Shown here: positions 20,501-28,216 of the stretch, one piece after another
Layout: the number at the start of each line of letters is the position of its first letter
Numbering within the stretch: position 1 is the first letter of the stretch
Assembly: GCA_964367905.1 (NCBI GenBank)
Contig: CAYIZP010000008.1
Span: 11,596-75,595 of the forward strand
Direction of reading: 5' to 3'
Source of the DNA: an uncultured Lachnospiraceae bacterium
GTDB lineage: Bacteria > Bacillota > Clostridia > Lachnospirales > Lachnospiraceae
DNA: 64,000 nucleotides
Notes under the pieces: generated by a model
Told to the model about the DNA's origin: nothing
Database searches by the model: none
What the model saw: only the letters and a program-made list of their open reading frames with translations
Made by a program: the position numbers and the translations under genes

Positions 20501-20603
20501 AGAAACAGGTGATGAAACAAGTTTCCTAGCAGTGTATATCTTGATTTTATCACTGATAGGCATTGGAATAGGTACCTTTGTTAGACGACGAGTATACAAA
20601 TAA
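14559..20603 (+). CDS. Giant cell-wall-anchored GH115-type alpha-glucuronidase, paralog 2 (multi-domain)
   Basis: 2014 aa. Signal peptide ends at ...SVQA. Same GH115 core motifs as paralog 1, FIVAR-like linkers x2, unassigned ~190-aa module x2, Big_2 x1 and InlB-B-repeat-like x1. A Pro/Asp/Thr-rich linker follows (PPVDPNPTDPTDPEDPTDATDPSDPDEPD), then a C-terminal domain ending HFSRFAVGEK and a sorting signal. Confidence 0.75.
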   Translation: MKHAKKISILLFASILLNLFSGFITDIQSVQAAPETASSSIVVASATSTPTIYVDKDQSDIAVIRAVEDLKKDIDRVTTSTVEANIVNDKGTLESASGTKIIVGTIGHSEVIDQMVEANKIPQNLLSNIQGKGKWSSEGKWESSIRVVVDGQIVIIGSDPRGTIYGIYDLSEELGVSPWYFWGDVTPEKRDTVSVNTAEVVRVEPDVQYRGIFINDEVNLMWWSKAIDPEFSIGPETYKLVYELMSRLNINLLKPAMHTYSDEFLNDPNWSDSIDPLINVKNADEYGVVIGSAQPMFRKNENEWAPFAAQYKEEHNLDFTPEFDYSYEKYRPVVEAYWEAQVEALAEYEVAWSLGMRGKGDGPIEVRNPEYQSDAKKAELVDMIITKQQEILAEHINGDTDFTDGIDLNGIFQTFEVYKEVLTIYNAGLNETLSEEAAIIWSEDNHGNIRQFPNEDEQARAAGNTLYYHLSYWGSPQSYLWLYTTPLSKVGSELDRAYENGIQRAWIFNVGDIKPAEMALEFCIDKAWDVEGNNKDNTVEYVEDWNGDIFGAENAKEIEDIISTHYSLGIARRPQFTKTDTFSQEYFGDEWTKRMVEYEDIFLRVNQLYENDYKGTAQDDSFYQLVVYPVRGAYYANLKFYYQELYNLYKEQGRGIITNYVASMANEAQEGEFAETKYYNEAMSEGKWEGIMDPYSKSPNGQNPPDAPKLASLPAITITADSNMGVISEVQNTSGEKNELAFSSITQDSHFIDIFSTGGNSISWSAQTDVDWLALSQTMGNTINERVWVSVDWNQVPAEAVSNATITILCQETKQEIKVKITADNSKNRADYEGYVESDGYISIEAENFDRSTKRGDHEWVIYEDLGRENAAMMTYPVSGARITENISTTSPELQYDINFDKAGTYDITFYRMPTLDGTAVRFAYALDDGEPIIVSGTKTSSGDWSQNVLEGIEKLTSEITIPSAGKHTLKVWMVDPAVSFDQIVIETVDGIPSTYMAPPESYHSTKNMNPGQVATELSLEFDEMELILNQAEGFLRITNLGDGLGQYSQEKFNELKVATDALKATLDNPSATEENKIQAKEVVVAAMSEFSSSRKMTDGVNEYLIYEDFDWRQAGNDTNGLSATGASIVSDDRDDTNAVLNMTGDLFWNFPLQNEAFTVEYELKTIGTTWTNLPYIYKSGAYAGTKATPGPCVATEGSNFKVHNGSGWQTKNVIQSNQWATVKIEIDTPNKTFDFYYNDELIADDYGFRDKTLTELGQIWMGGSNAGRHFQLDNMKVYQSIAGTRVSLNKEQLNLVKGFSEKLEATITPSDTEVGGLSWNSDNEAVATVDNEGNVTAISAGKAVITVKANDNDAIKANCTVTVIDVANHASIVEATNLLETVEVGTEPGQYPNDVYRALQDAKENAITILTDQTATEAKKAEAIQLLDQAITRLKAAKIPEELIPEYLVQEDFEARLESQDMTGIEGDHTKMEIVKDGEDAVMSAKTQFNFFIDAQDKVLITEYDFRVMNNAWTSFPTMYDGPFKQGERDLPAVSLVTASADSQAKIRVRDPEINNWKDVEGGAINVGEWYHVKIEVDVVNQTYDYYLNDVLLVEDIGFRSKDAKVISQINFGGGDPKIDFQLDDLKIYTLKEVEPEPEPQTYAVTVNGGTTSKATAVKDEIITITATVPDGKEFVNWTSADGVVFAEIEAKETTFKMPEKAVTITANYKDKVVTPPVDPNPTDPTDPEDPTDATDPSDPDEPDNSVAPVIPVQPSVDGIKAEAKVEDSEVTDALSNAKDNGKGQWVKIEVGNVDHKVKEVVAEFSINSVEALLEAETKGLQVNTGKAVLEIDMETLKVIQSKAGESVSITVKQLENTEFSDVIQERVGNRPVFEFTIESAGERITSFGTGKIRVTIPYELAEGESAEDITVYYIQSDNTLIEMTDCAYDAINKVVTFTTDHFSRFAVGEKKAEAVNPPIEVKPTPTEPSVIPTTDNQAPETGDETSFLAVYILILSLIGIGIGTFVRRRVYK
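20496..20603 (+). other. C-terminal cell-wall sorting signal of paralog 2 (APETG + hydrophobic helix + RRR tail)
   Basis: APETGDETSFLAVYILILSLIGIGIGTFVRRRVYK. Confidence 0.65.
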
Positions 20604-20618
20604 GTAATTTGAAGAGTC

Positions 20619-20641
20619 GGCTAATCACACAGTGGTTAGCC
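20619..20641 (+). terminator. Hairpin after GH115 paralog 2 (weak terminator; poor T-tract)
   Basis: GGCTAATCAC aca GTGGTTAGCC forms a 10-bp stem with one G-U pair. The stem sequence resembles the hairpin after paralog 1. Confidence 0.4.
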
Positions 20642-20682
20642 ACTTGACTTAAATACATAGAGCAAGAGAGGAAAGAAAGATA

Positions 20683-21771
20683 GTGAAGATGACATTAAGA
20701 TGGTATGGAAGCAAGCATGATTCCGTAACCTTACAACAAATTAGGCAGATTCCAGGAGTGACAGGTGTAATTACAACCTTATATGATTCAGTGCCAGGAG
20801 AAGCATGGGAATTAGAGCATATTTTAGCAATGAAAAAGGAAGTGGAAGAAGCAGGGCTCGAATTGGCAGGAATCGAAAGTGTAAATATTCATGATGCTAT
20901 AAAAACGGGAGCTCCCGAGCGAGAGGAATATATTGAGAATTATATCACCACATTAGAGCGACTTGGGCAGGCTGGAATCCACATGGTATGTTATAACTTT
21001 ATGCCTGTATTCGATTGGACAAGAACAGAGCTTGCCAGAGAGCGGGAAGATGGTTCCACAGTACTTGCGTATACACAAGAGGCAGTCGATGCGATGAATC
21101 CGGAAGAAATGTTCAATTCGATTGGAGACGATATGAATGGATTTGTCATGCCGGGCTGGGAACCAGAGCGGATGGAGAGAGTAAAAGAATTATTTGAACT
21201 CTATCGAGAGATTGATGATGAAAAGCTGTTCGAAAATCTGAAATATTTTCTGGAAAAGATTATGCCAACATGTGAAAAATATGACATCAATATGGCAATC
21301 CATCCAGATGATCCGGCTTGGAGTGTATTTGGATTACCACGAATCATTATCAACAAGGAGAATATCTTGAAAATGATGAAGATGGTAGATAATCCTCATA
21401 ACGGAGTGACATTTTGTTCCGGTTCCTATGGAACAAATTTGGATAATGACCTCCCCGATATGATTAGAGCCCTAAGAGGCAGAATACACTTTGCACATGT
21501 AAGAAATTTGAAATTTCATACTCCGACAAATTTTGAAGAGGCGTCACATTTATCTTTAGATGGTAATTTTGATATGTATGAAATCATGAAGGCGCTTCAT
21601 GACATTGGATTTACAGGACCGATTCGACCAGACCATGGAAGGATGATTTGGGGTGAAGTTGCCATGCCAGGGTATGGGTTATACGATAGAGCGCTCGGAG
21701 CAACCTATCTGAATGGATTATGGGAAGCGATTGAGAAAAGTGGAGGCGAAAAAGCAAATGATTTTAAATAA
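20683..21771 (+). CDS. uxuA: Mannonate dehydratase
   Basis: 362 aa, collinear with E. coli UxuA motifs as recalled (TLRWYG, VCYNFMPVFDWTRT, MAIHPDDP, RPDHG). The true start may be ATG 20689 rather than GTG 20683. Confidence 0.9.
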   Translation: MKMTLRWYGSKHDSVTLQQIRQIPGVTGVITTLYDSVPGEAWELEHILAMKKEVEEAGLELAGIESVNIHDAIKTGAPEREEYIENYITTLERLGQAGIHMVCYNFMPVFDWTRTELAREREDGSTVLAYTQEAVDAMNPEEMFNSIGDDMNGFVMPGWEPERMERVKELFELYREIDDEKLFENLKYFLEKIMPTCEKYDINMAIHPDDPAWSVFGLPRIIINKENILKMMKMVDNPHNGVTFCSGSYGTNLDNDLPDMIRALRGRIHFAHVRNLKFHTPTNFEEASHLSLDGNFDMYEIMKALHDIGFTGPIRPDHGRMIWGEVAMPGYGLYDRALGATYLNGLWEAIEKSGGEKANDFK

Positions 21772-23371
21772 AAATGTGATGCTTGATAAAGAGGAGTGGC
21801 AAAACAAGGGGTATGCAATGCCCCAATATGATCGCGAGTACATAGCTCAAGTTACAATGCAAGAGCCGAACTGGATACATTTTGGTGCGGGTAATATCTT
21901 TCGTGCATTTCCAGCATATGTTGTTGAGAAGCTGCTTAATTCAGGCAAGATTGATAGAGGGATTATCGTAGCAGAAGGCTATGACTATGACATTATAGAT
22001 AACTTAAATCAGAAAAGTGATAATCTTGGTATTGTGGTTACATTAAAATCTGACGGAGACGTGGAGAAGGCGGTAGTTGGAAGCGTAGTTGAATCTTTGG
22101 TTCTTGATAGTACAAGGGAGATGGAGTTTCAGAGATTAAGAGAGATTTTTACAAAACCAAGTCTCCAAATCGCATCGTTTACCATTACTGAAAAAGGATA
22201 TAACTTAGTAGATGGAGAAGGTAAGATGTTAGATGATGTAGCAAAGGATGCAAAGAGGGGAGTTGAGAATCCCATAAGCTATATCGGAAAAGTAACTGCA
22301 TTATTGTATGAGAGGTTTCTATGTGGTGAGCTTCCACTTGCATTGGTTAGTATGGATAATTGTTCTCACAATGGAGATCGGTTGAAGGAAGCGATTCTAG
22401 GGATTGCTACACAATGGGTAGAGGGGAGGCATGTAGATGAGACCTTTCTAAGATATCTCAATCATGCAAAGAAGGTATCATATCCATGGACAATGATTGA
22501 CAAAATCACACCACGCCCACATGAGAGCATTGAACATATCTTAGAACAAGACGGAATCAGTGGAGTTGGGGGTGAGTTGACATCTAAAAACACATATATA
22601 GCTCCGTTTGTCAACACAGAAGAATGCGAATATCTAGTCATAGAAGATTGGTTTCCAAATGGAAGACCAAATCTAGAGATAGATGGGGTTTATTTTACAG
22701 ATCGCCTGACCGTAGATAAGGTAGAAAAGATGAAAGTGTGTACATGCCTCAATCCACTACATACAGCTTTGGCTATATTTGGTTGTTTATTGAATTATGA
22801 GAAAATATCGGATGAAATGCAGGATGAAGCGCTGAATAATCTAGTTCGAAAATTAGGGTATGAAGAAGGCTTGCCGGTAGTGGTTAATCCAGAAATACTA
22901 TCTCCAAGAGAGTTTATCGACCAAGTGGTAGAAAAGAGAATTCCAAATCCATTTATACCAGACACACCACAGAGAATAGCGACAGATACTTCTCAAAAGC
23001 TCGCAATCCGATTCGGAGAAACCATCAAGGCTTATGCTAAATCGGAAGAATTAGTAGTGTCAGATCTTAAAATTATTCCACTGATACAAGCCGGGTGGAT
23101 TAGATATTTGATGGGGATTGATGATAGAGGAAATCGGTTTGAATTAAGCCCTGACCCTATGATAGAGTCTCTTGCCGATACCGTGGAAAAATTGGAGCTA
23201 GGCTCAAACAATCAGACTCATGATATATTGATGGATTTAATATCTGATGAGAAAATATGGGGTGTAGACCTATATGCTGTGGGATTAGGTTTGTGTGTAG
23301 AAGGATATTTTGAGGAATTAAATGCAGGTGTTGGAGCAGTAAGGGAGACACTAGAAAAATACTGCATGTAA
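21758..23371 (+). CDS. Mannitol-dehydrogenase-family hexuronate reductase (fructuronate reductase UxuB-like; a UxaB-type cannot be excluded)
   Basis: The ORF opens at 21713; ATG 21758 follows GGAGG (21742-21746) and overlaps the uxuA stop. It has an N-terminal dinucleotide motif HFGAGNIFRAF and is about 537 aa. Confidence 0.7.
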   Translation: MILNKNVMLDKEEWQNKGYAMPQYDREYIAQVTMQEPNWIHFGAGNIFRAFPAYVVEKLLNSGKIDRGIIVAEGYDYDIIDNLNQKSDNLGIVVTLKSDGDVEKAVVGSVVESLVLDSTREMEFQRLREIFTKPSLQIASFTITEKGYNLVDGEGKMLDDVAKDAKRGVENPISYIGKVTALLYERFLCGELPLALVSMDNCSHNGDRLKEAILGIATQWVEGRHVDETFLRYLNHAKKVSYPWTMIDKITPRPHESIEHILEQDGISGVGGELTSKNTYIAPFVNTEECEYLVIEDWFPNGRPNLEIDGVYFTDRLTVDKVEKMKVCTCLNPLHTALAIFGCLLNYEKISDEMQDEALNNLVRKLGYEEGLPVVVNPEILSPREFIDQVVEKRIPNPFIPDTPQRIATDTSQKLAIRFGETIKAYAKSEELVVSDLKIIPLIQAGWIRYLMGIDDRGNRFELSPDPMIESLADTVEKLELGSNNQTHDILMDLISDEKIWGVDLYAVGLGLCVEGYFEELNAGVGAVRETLEKYCM

Positions 23372-23387
23372 CAGCGATAAGAAGGGA

Positions 23388-25772
23388 GTGTGCAATGTGA
23401 TTTTACACAATGGGAAATTTCTAAAAGCGTGGATGGTCAGTGGGTTAAAAAGTGAAACTTATCATTCGATTCAAAATGAGAAGAATCAGATTGAAAATGA
23501 GCAAGCGATGAGAGAACAGGCAATACAAGAAATCGAAACAAGACCAAAGTGTGAGATAAAATTAGGAGAGATAGGAATTGAGGGACATAAGTGGAGGTAT
23601 CATTGCTTGGGTGGTCATTCCATGGTGGACCTGAGTGAAACAGCACAAATTCCGATTAAATATGATGGATATGCAGCCACAACTATCATCTCAGAATGCG
23701 CACAAAAGATCAAAATAGCTATTTGGAATTACATGGCGATTACGCTGTTTGTGAATGAAAAAAAAGTGTGCAAAACTCAAGCTGTGTATAAACCGATGCG
23801 GCGAACGACTTGTACAATCGATTTGCAAGAAGGTAAAAATGAACTCTTTGTAGTGATGCAAAATGTGGGAATACGTGATACTAGAAACATATTTGGCATT
23901 GAAGTCTTAGAGAGTGAAGATGAATTCAAGGAGCAATATTGCGATTATCATAATGTTAAATCATTGTTAGAAGCAGAGAGGTGGTTGCAGCAAGTGAAAG
24001 TGAAGGGGTGTACGTTGATGATACCCAAACACGAATTTGCTGTTTATGTAAAATCGGAGATGGGAAACGAGGTGCTACAGGCAGATACATGGAACATTCC
24101 TGAAGGTCTTGCACTGTTTGAACTTCAAGTAACTCTGCGAGAGGGAATTGTATCACGAAGCTTCGAGATATACCATCATCATACAGCGAATTACAGTAAT
24201 TCGGCTAGCACAGAAGAAAAGCAGGAACAGTTAATGAAGGCATTAGCAAGCGAGCCATATCAAGCGCGGGAAGGAGGCGCTAGATTCAGTGTCTATCATG
24301 TACTAGCACGATATGCAGTAAACCAGGTTACGGAAAATGATGAAAAATTATTATTAGATGATTTGAGTTGGATTGAAAAGTGTGTGGATTGTTCTGATTT
24401 CTTGATGGCAGGTTTTATCAGGTTATTGAAAAAATATCAGGTGTCTAGAAAACTTGAAGAACGAATAAAAGAAGTTTTTTTGACATATCGATATTGGATG
24501 GATGAAAGCGGAAACGACGGTATGTGTTTTTGGAGTGAAAATCATGCTCTGATGTTTTTTTCGGCACAGCTCTTTGCGGGAGAGAGATATCCAGACGAAT
24601 ATTTTACCAGAAGTGGAAGAAGTGGAAGAGAACAATATAAATTGGGATATCTACGGTGTGAGGATTGGCTTACTTCAATAGAACGTAATGGATTAGATGA
24701 ATTTTGTAGTGCGACCTATACAGGGGTTACAGTAGCCGCATTATTGAATGTAGTTGATTTTGCACCGCAATGCTTATCGGAGCGAGCAAAAAAAATATTA
24801 GACGATATCTTTCTAAACATGTCAGAGCATGTGTTTGATGGGGTGATTATAGCACCGCAAGGAAGGGTATATAGAAGTGTGATTACTCCGTTTCAACAAT
24901 CAGCACAGGAGTTGGTGCATTATATCGATAGTGGGGCACCAACAGTTCGATATTATAAAGGTGCTGAAACGATGTGGCTTTCATTTTTGGCAACAAGCCA
25001 GTATGAATTTAAAGCATACTTATCAGAGGTTATCAAAAGAGAGAGTTCCAAAATATATGTATCGGGAAATGCACGGATTTGCTTGCATAAAACGGGTGAA
25101 TACATAATGACATCAGTTGAAAGTCCAAGACAAGATAACTATAGGGGCGAACGAGTGGAGTATGAGCCGTTTTCTATGGAATGGGTCAGAAAAATTAATG
25201 AAGCTTATCATGGAAGGACTCTATTTGAGCCAGGTGTGTTCGGTTATCAACAGCATTTGTGGTATGCGAGTCTAGCGCATAATTGTTGTGTATTTACAAA
25301 TCATCCTGGGGTAAGTGCGGATAGAAGCCAGATGCGACCAGGGTATTGGCATGGAAATGGAATTATACCTGCAATAAAACAGCATAAAAATATATTGGCT
25401 TGTATTTATCATATTCCAAAAGATAAACATCCAATAAAATTCACACATTTGTTCTGGCCTAAAAACTGTTTTGAGGAAACCGTTCAGATTGGAAATTGGT
25501 TGTTTGGTAGAGTGAATGAGAGGTATATTGCAATCTGGTGCAATGTAAAGCTTGAGGAATATGATGATGTTCTGTCAGAATGTGAACTGAGGGCGAATAG
25601 TAGAGATTCAGCATATGTATGCATCTGTGGTAATGGTATTGGATTCGAACGATTTAGAGAGCAATGTACAAATAAAAGGGTATACTATGCTTTGGATGAA
25701 AAGAAACTCTATATAGATGACAAGATATATCTGTCATACCAGATCTATGAAGATAACACACAATATATTTGA
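23388..25772 (+). CDS. Hypothetical cytoplasmic protein, ~790 aa, candidate uncharacterised carbohydrate-active enzyme
   Basis: Long uninterrupted ORF with no signal peptide. The start is ambiguous (GTG 23388/23397 or ATG 23433). The central segment (CFWSENHALMFFSAQLFAGERYPDEYF) and the C-terminal GYQQHLWYASL are faintly reminiscent of toroid-plus-beta-sandwich lyases or hydrolases. I cannot assign a family. Confidence 0.6.
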   Translation: MCNVILHNGKFLKAWMVSGLKSETYHSIQNEKNQIENEQAMREQAIQEIETRPKCEIKLGEIGIEGHKWRYHCLGGHSMVDLSETAQIPIKYDGYAATTIISECAQKIKIAIWNYMAITLFVNEKKVCKTQAVYKPMRRTTCTIDLQEGKNELFVVMQNVGIRDTRNIFGIEVLESEDEFKEQYCDYHNVKSLLEAERWLQQVKVKGCTLMIPKHEFAVYVKSEMGNEVLQADTWNIPEGLALFELQVTLREGIVSRSFEIYHHHTANYSNSASTEEKQEQLMKALASEPYQAREGGARFSVYHVLARYAVNQVTENDEKLLLDDLSWIEKCVDCSDFLMAGFIRLLKKYQVSRKLEERIKEVFLTYRYWMDESGNDGMCFWSENHALMFFSAQLFAGERYPDEYFTRSGRSGREQYKLGYLRCEDWLTSIERNGLDEFCSATYTGVTVAALLNVVDFAPQCLSERAKKILDDIFLNMSEHVFDGVIIAPQGRVYRSVITPFQQSAQELVHYIDSGAPTVRYYKGAETMWLSFLATSQYEFKAYLSEVIKRESSKIYVSGNARICLHKTGEYIMTSVESPRQDNYRGERVEYEPFSMEWVRKINEAYHGRTLFEPGVFGYQQHLWYASLAHNCCVFTNHPGVSADRSQMRPGYWHGNGIIPAIKQHKNILACIYHIPKDKHPIKFTHLFWPKNCFEETVQIGNWLFGRVNERYIAIWCNVKLEEYDDVLSECELRANSRDSAYVCICGNGIGFERFREQCTNKRVYYALDEKKLYIDDKIYLSYQIYEDNTQYI

Positions 25773-25811
25773 GATGAATCGAATGAATTAGCTTAGAGAG
25801 GAGTATGCTTG

Positions 25812-26162
25812 ATGGCAATAAATAAATGTGAACAATGGGCATTTCAAGAGAATGCCTTAGTAGAAGAAGTGGGCGATGGTGTGTCGCGAAAGGTTTTGGC
25901 TTATTGTGATGAGATGATGAGTGTAGAAAACTCGTTTGAAACTGGTGCTGTCGGTGCAATGCATTCACATCCACACACACAGATTACATATGTGGTGAGT
26001 GGTGTGTTTGAGTTTACAATAGGTGAAATAAAAAAAATTGTAAGAAGCGGAGATACGTTGTTGAAACAAAATGGTGTGGAACATGGATGTACATGTATAG
26101 AAAAGGGAATATTGTTAGATGTTTTTACACCGATGAGAAAAGAATTTGTGGGGGAGAAATAG
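25812..26162 (+). CDS. Small cupin-domain protein
   Basis: 116 aa from ATG 25812 (the ORF opens at TTG 25809); RBS agagaggag. Cupin metal motif GAMHSHPHTQITYVVSGVFEF ... GVEHG. Confidence 0.75.
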   Translation: MAINKCEQWAFQENALVEEVGDGVSRKVLAYCDEMMSVENSFETGAVGAMHSHPHTQITYVVSGVFEFTIGEIKKIVRSGDTLLKQNGVEHGCTCIEKGILLDVFTPMRKEFVGEK

Positions 26163-26163
26163 T

Positions 26164-26802
26164 ATGAGAATAGCATTAATCAATGAGAATAGTCAAGCAG
26201 GAAAAAATAGCATTATAGAAGCTGCACTTAAAAAAGTGGTGGAACCAATGGGACATGTAGTGGATAATTATGGGATGTATGGAGTTGAAGGCGAAAGAGA
26301 GTTGACATACGTTCAAGTTGGAATTCTCTCATCGATATTGATTTCGAGTGGTGCGGCAGATTATGTGGTTACAGGGTGTGGTACGGGGCAAGGCGCAATG
26401 ATTGCGTGTAATAGCATGCCAAATGTACTTTGTGGACATGTTGCAAATCCAAGTGATGGCTACTTGTTTGCACAGGTAAATGATGGAAATTGCGTTGCGA
26501 TGCCATTTGCTCAGGGATTTGGCTGGGGAGGAGAATTAAATCTAGAATATACATTTGAAAAATTATTTGGCTTTGGTAGTGGAAACGGTTATCCGAAAGA
26601 ACGAGTAATTCCAGAGCAAAGAAATAAGAAAATACTAGATGGTGTGAGAATGCAAACAATTAAGGACATCAGAACATGCTTAGAGCTGATTGATAAAGAG
26701 TTGGTTAGAAGTATTGTTACGGATAGTAAGTTCGAAGAACTGTTTTTCGCAAATTGTAAGGATAAAGAGATCGAGGAATGTATCAAGAAGATAAGAGTGT
26801 AA
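26164..26802 (+). CDS. RpiB/LacA/LacB-family sugar isomerase, long (~212 aa) DhuI-like form
   Basis: ATG 26164 lies 2 nt after the cupin stop. It has an RpiB-like core (VTGCGTGQGAMIACNSMPNVLCGHV) plus a ~60-aa C-terminal extension. The length matches the streptococcal DhuI-type isomerases as I recall them. Confidence 0.6.
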   Translation: MRIALINENSQAGKNSIIEAALKKVVEPMGHVVDNYGMYGVEGERELTYVQVGILSSILISSGAADYVVTGCGTGQGAMIACNSMPNVLCGHVANPSDGYLFAQVNDGNCVAMPFAQGFGWGGELNLEYTFEKLFGFGSGNGYPKERVIPEQRNKKILDGVRMQTIKDIRTCLELIDKELVRSIVTDSKFEELFFANCKDKEIEECIKKIRV

Positions 26803-26809
26803 TAAAAGA

Positions 26810-26851
26810 GGGACAGGGGAGTTATGAGCATAGCTCGTAAGCCCATGTCCC
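26810..26851. terminator. Bidirectional terminator hairpin between convergent genes
   Basis: GGGACAGGGG ... CCCATGTCCC (9 of 10 pairs) with an inner GAGC/GCTC stem. The minus strand has the T-rich tail CTCTTTTATT. Confidence 0.6.
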
Positions 26852-26856
26852 CTTGA

Positions 26857-28176
26857 TTAATGTAGTTTGAATACATTGATTCCATCTTCAAATCCCACAT
26901 CATTTGCTAATTCAACAAAGTAGTCCGAGTGATTGTCTTCGGGGTACTTTGTTATTTTTATACCCAGAGCCAAGTCTGTGGTTTCATGGTAGTTTGCAAA
27001 TGGTATTCGGAAGTTGAGTGTTGTGGATTGACCGTTGTTTATCTGGTAGAGTAAAGTGCTGGTGATTTCTTCTGTTGCAATTTCTTTGCCATCTTGCATC
27101 AAGACGCCATAAATCTTGTATTTAGCAGAGAGTGTACTATAGCCTATATTCTGTATCTTCAAGGTAAAGTCTACATACTTATCCCATGAGTTCGCAGGGG
27201 CTAAGGTAGAGGTAATCTGTTGAACGGAGAGCTGGTAACCAAGCTTTTGTTCAATGTAATCACTGGCATTCATGCCTTCTATCTCAGTTTCTTCCCATTG
27301 GGATATGATGTCCATATTGTATTTGCAGTTGAGATAGGTCATATGTAGTTGTGAAAATTCGGTATCAGCATAGGCGGCTTCAGTCTTTCCACTAGTTGTT
27401 GGCATTTCCCCACCATTGATATATGTAGTAAGAGTTTCTTGCATCCAGTTTAGTTCAGCAATACGGTCATAGTTTGCATCGTCATAGGTACCCATATCAT
27501 CGAAGGTGGATAGAAGGGCATCGTTGTATAGCCCTAAACGGTCTACAAGGATACCAGCCTCCCATGCCTCGCGAATGAAGCGTGGACGCCGAACGGAGAC
27601 GAGTATAGTTTCTTCTAGATGTTGTTCCCAGTGTTTGAGGACAAATTGTCTGATTTCAGTGGAATGCACTTCATCTGTTACCAAGTAATCACCAGAATGC
27701 CATTCGCCCCAATCGCCGAGAAGTCCAGCCTGAACCACCATGATGATGTCTTTGTATTCATTTAATACATCAGAAATCTGTCCAATATGCTCGGAGATTA
27801 GTTCTGTATCAGAGGGTTCGTGTACGCCCGCGTGGAAACCATAGGCAGCACGAAAGACAACGCCGAGACCATTCTCTTTGGCAGCGGCTAAAACGGTACG
27901 AAGCTCTTCAATCTTTTCTTCTCCGATTGAAGTGGAAGCGTATTGCTCGATATCATATGCTATTAGAACGACACGTACCTCCTCACGAATAGAGGGGATA
28001 CGAGAGACTTCGCTAGAATCAATCTGAATATAATACCCTTTGTCAGGATTGTCGAGTACACGATTGTCAAAACTATATTTATATACCTGGCGTTGGGTTT
28101 TTCCCATCACAAAAAACACGGTGATTCCACCGAGAACTACGAGTATCAATCCGATTAACCATATCATTTTCTTCAA
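26857..28176 (-). CDS. Membrane-anchored DUF4874/DUF4832-like putative glycoside hydrolase
   Basis: 439 aa with an N-terminal TM anchor (MIWLIGLILVVLGGITVFFV). NPDKGYY and LLGDWGEWH motifs are typical of this TIM-barrel-like family as I recall it. Confidence 0.55.
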   Translation of the reverse strand: MKKMIWLIGLILVVLGGITVFFVMGKTQRQVYKYSFDNRVLDNPDKGYYIQIDSSEVSRIPSIREEVRVVLIAYDIEQYASTSIGEEKIEELRTVLAAAKENGLGVVFRAAYGFHAGVHEPSDTELISEHIGQISDVLNEYKDIIMVVQAGLLGDWGEWHSGDYLVTDEVHSTEIRQFVLKHWEQHLEETILVSVRRPRFIREAWEAGILVDRLGLYNDALLSTFDDMGTYDDANYDRIAELNWMQETLTTYINGGEMPTTSGKTEAAYADTEFSQLHMTYLNCKYNMDIISQWEETEIEGMNASDYIEQKLGYQLSVQQITSTLAPANSWDKYVDFTLKIQNIGYSTLSAKYKIYGVLMQDGKEIATEEITSTLLYQINNGQSTTLNFRIPFANYHETTDLALGIKITKYPEDNHSDYFVELANDVGFEDGINVFKLH

Positions 28177-28216
28177 AACTTCTCCTTTGAATTAAAATAC
28201 TAAATTTATATGATGT

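Noticed and set aside
21015-21197. A 60-aa same-strand alternative-frame ORF inside uxuA.
   Set aside because: It is embedded in a gene whose main frame matches UxuA end to end. It has an Arg/Cys-rich nonsense-like translation and no RBS.
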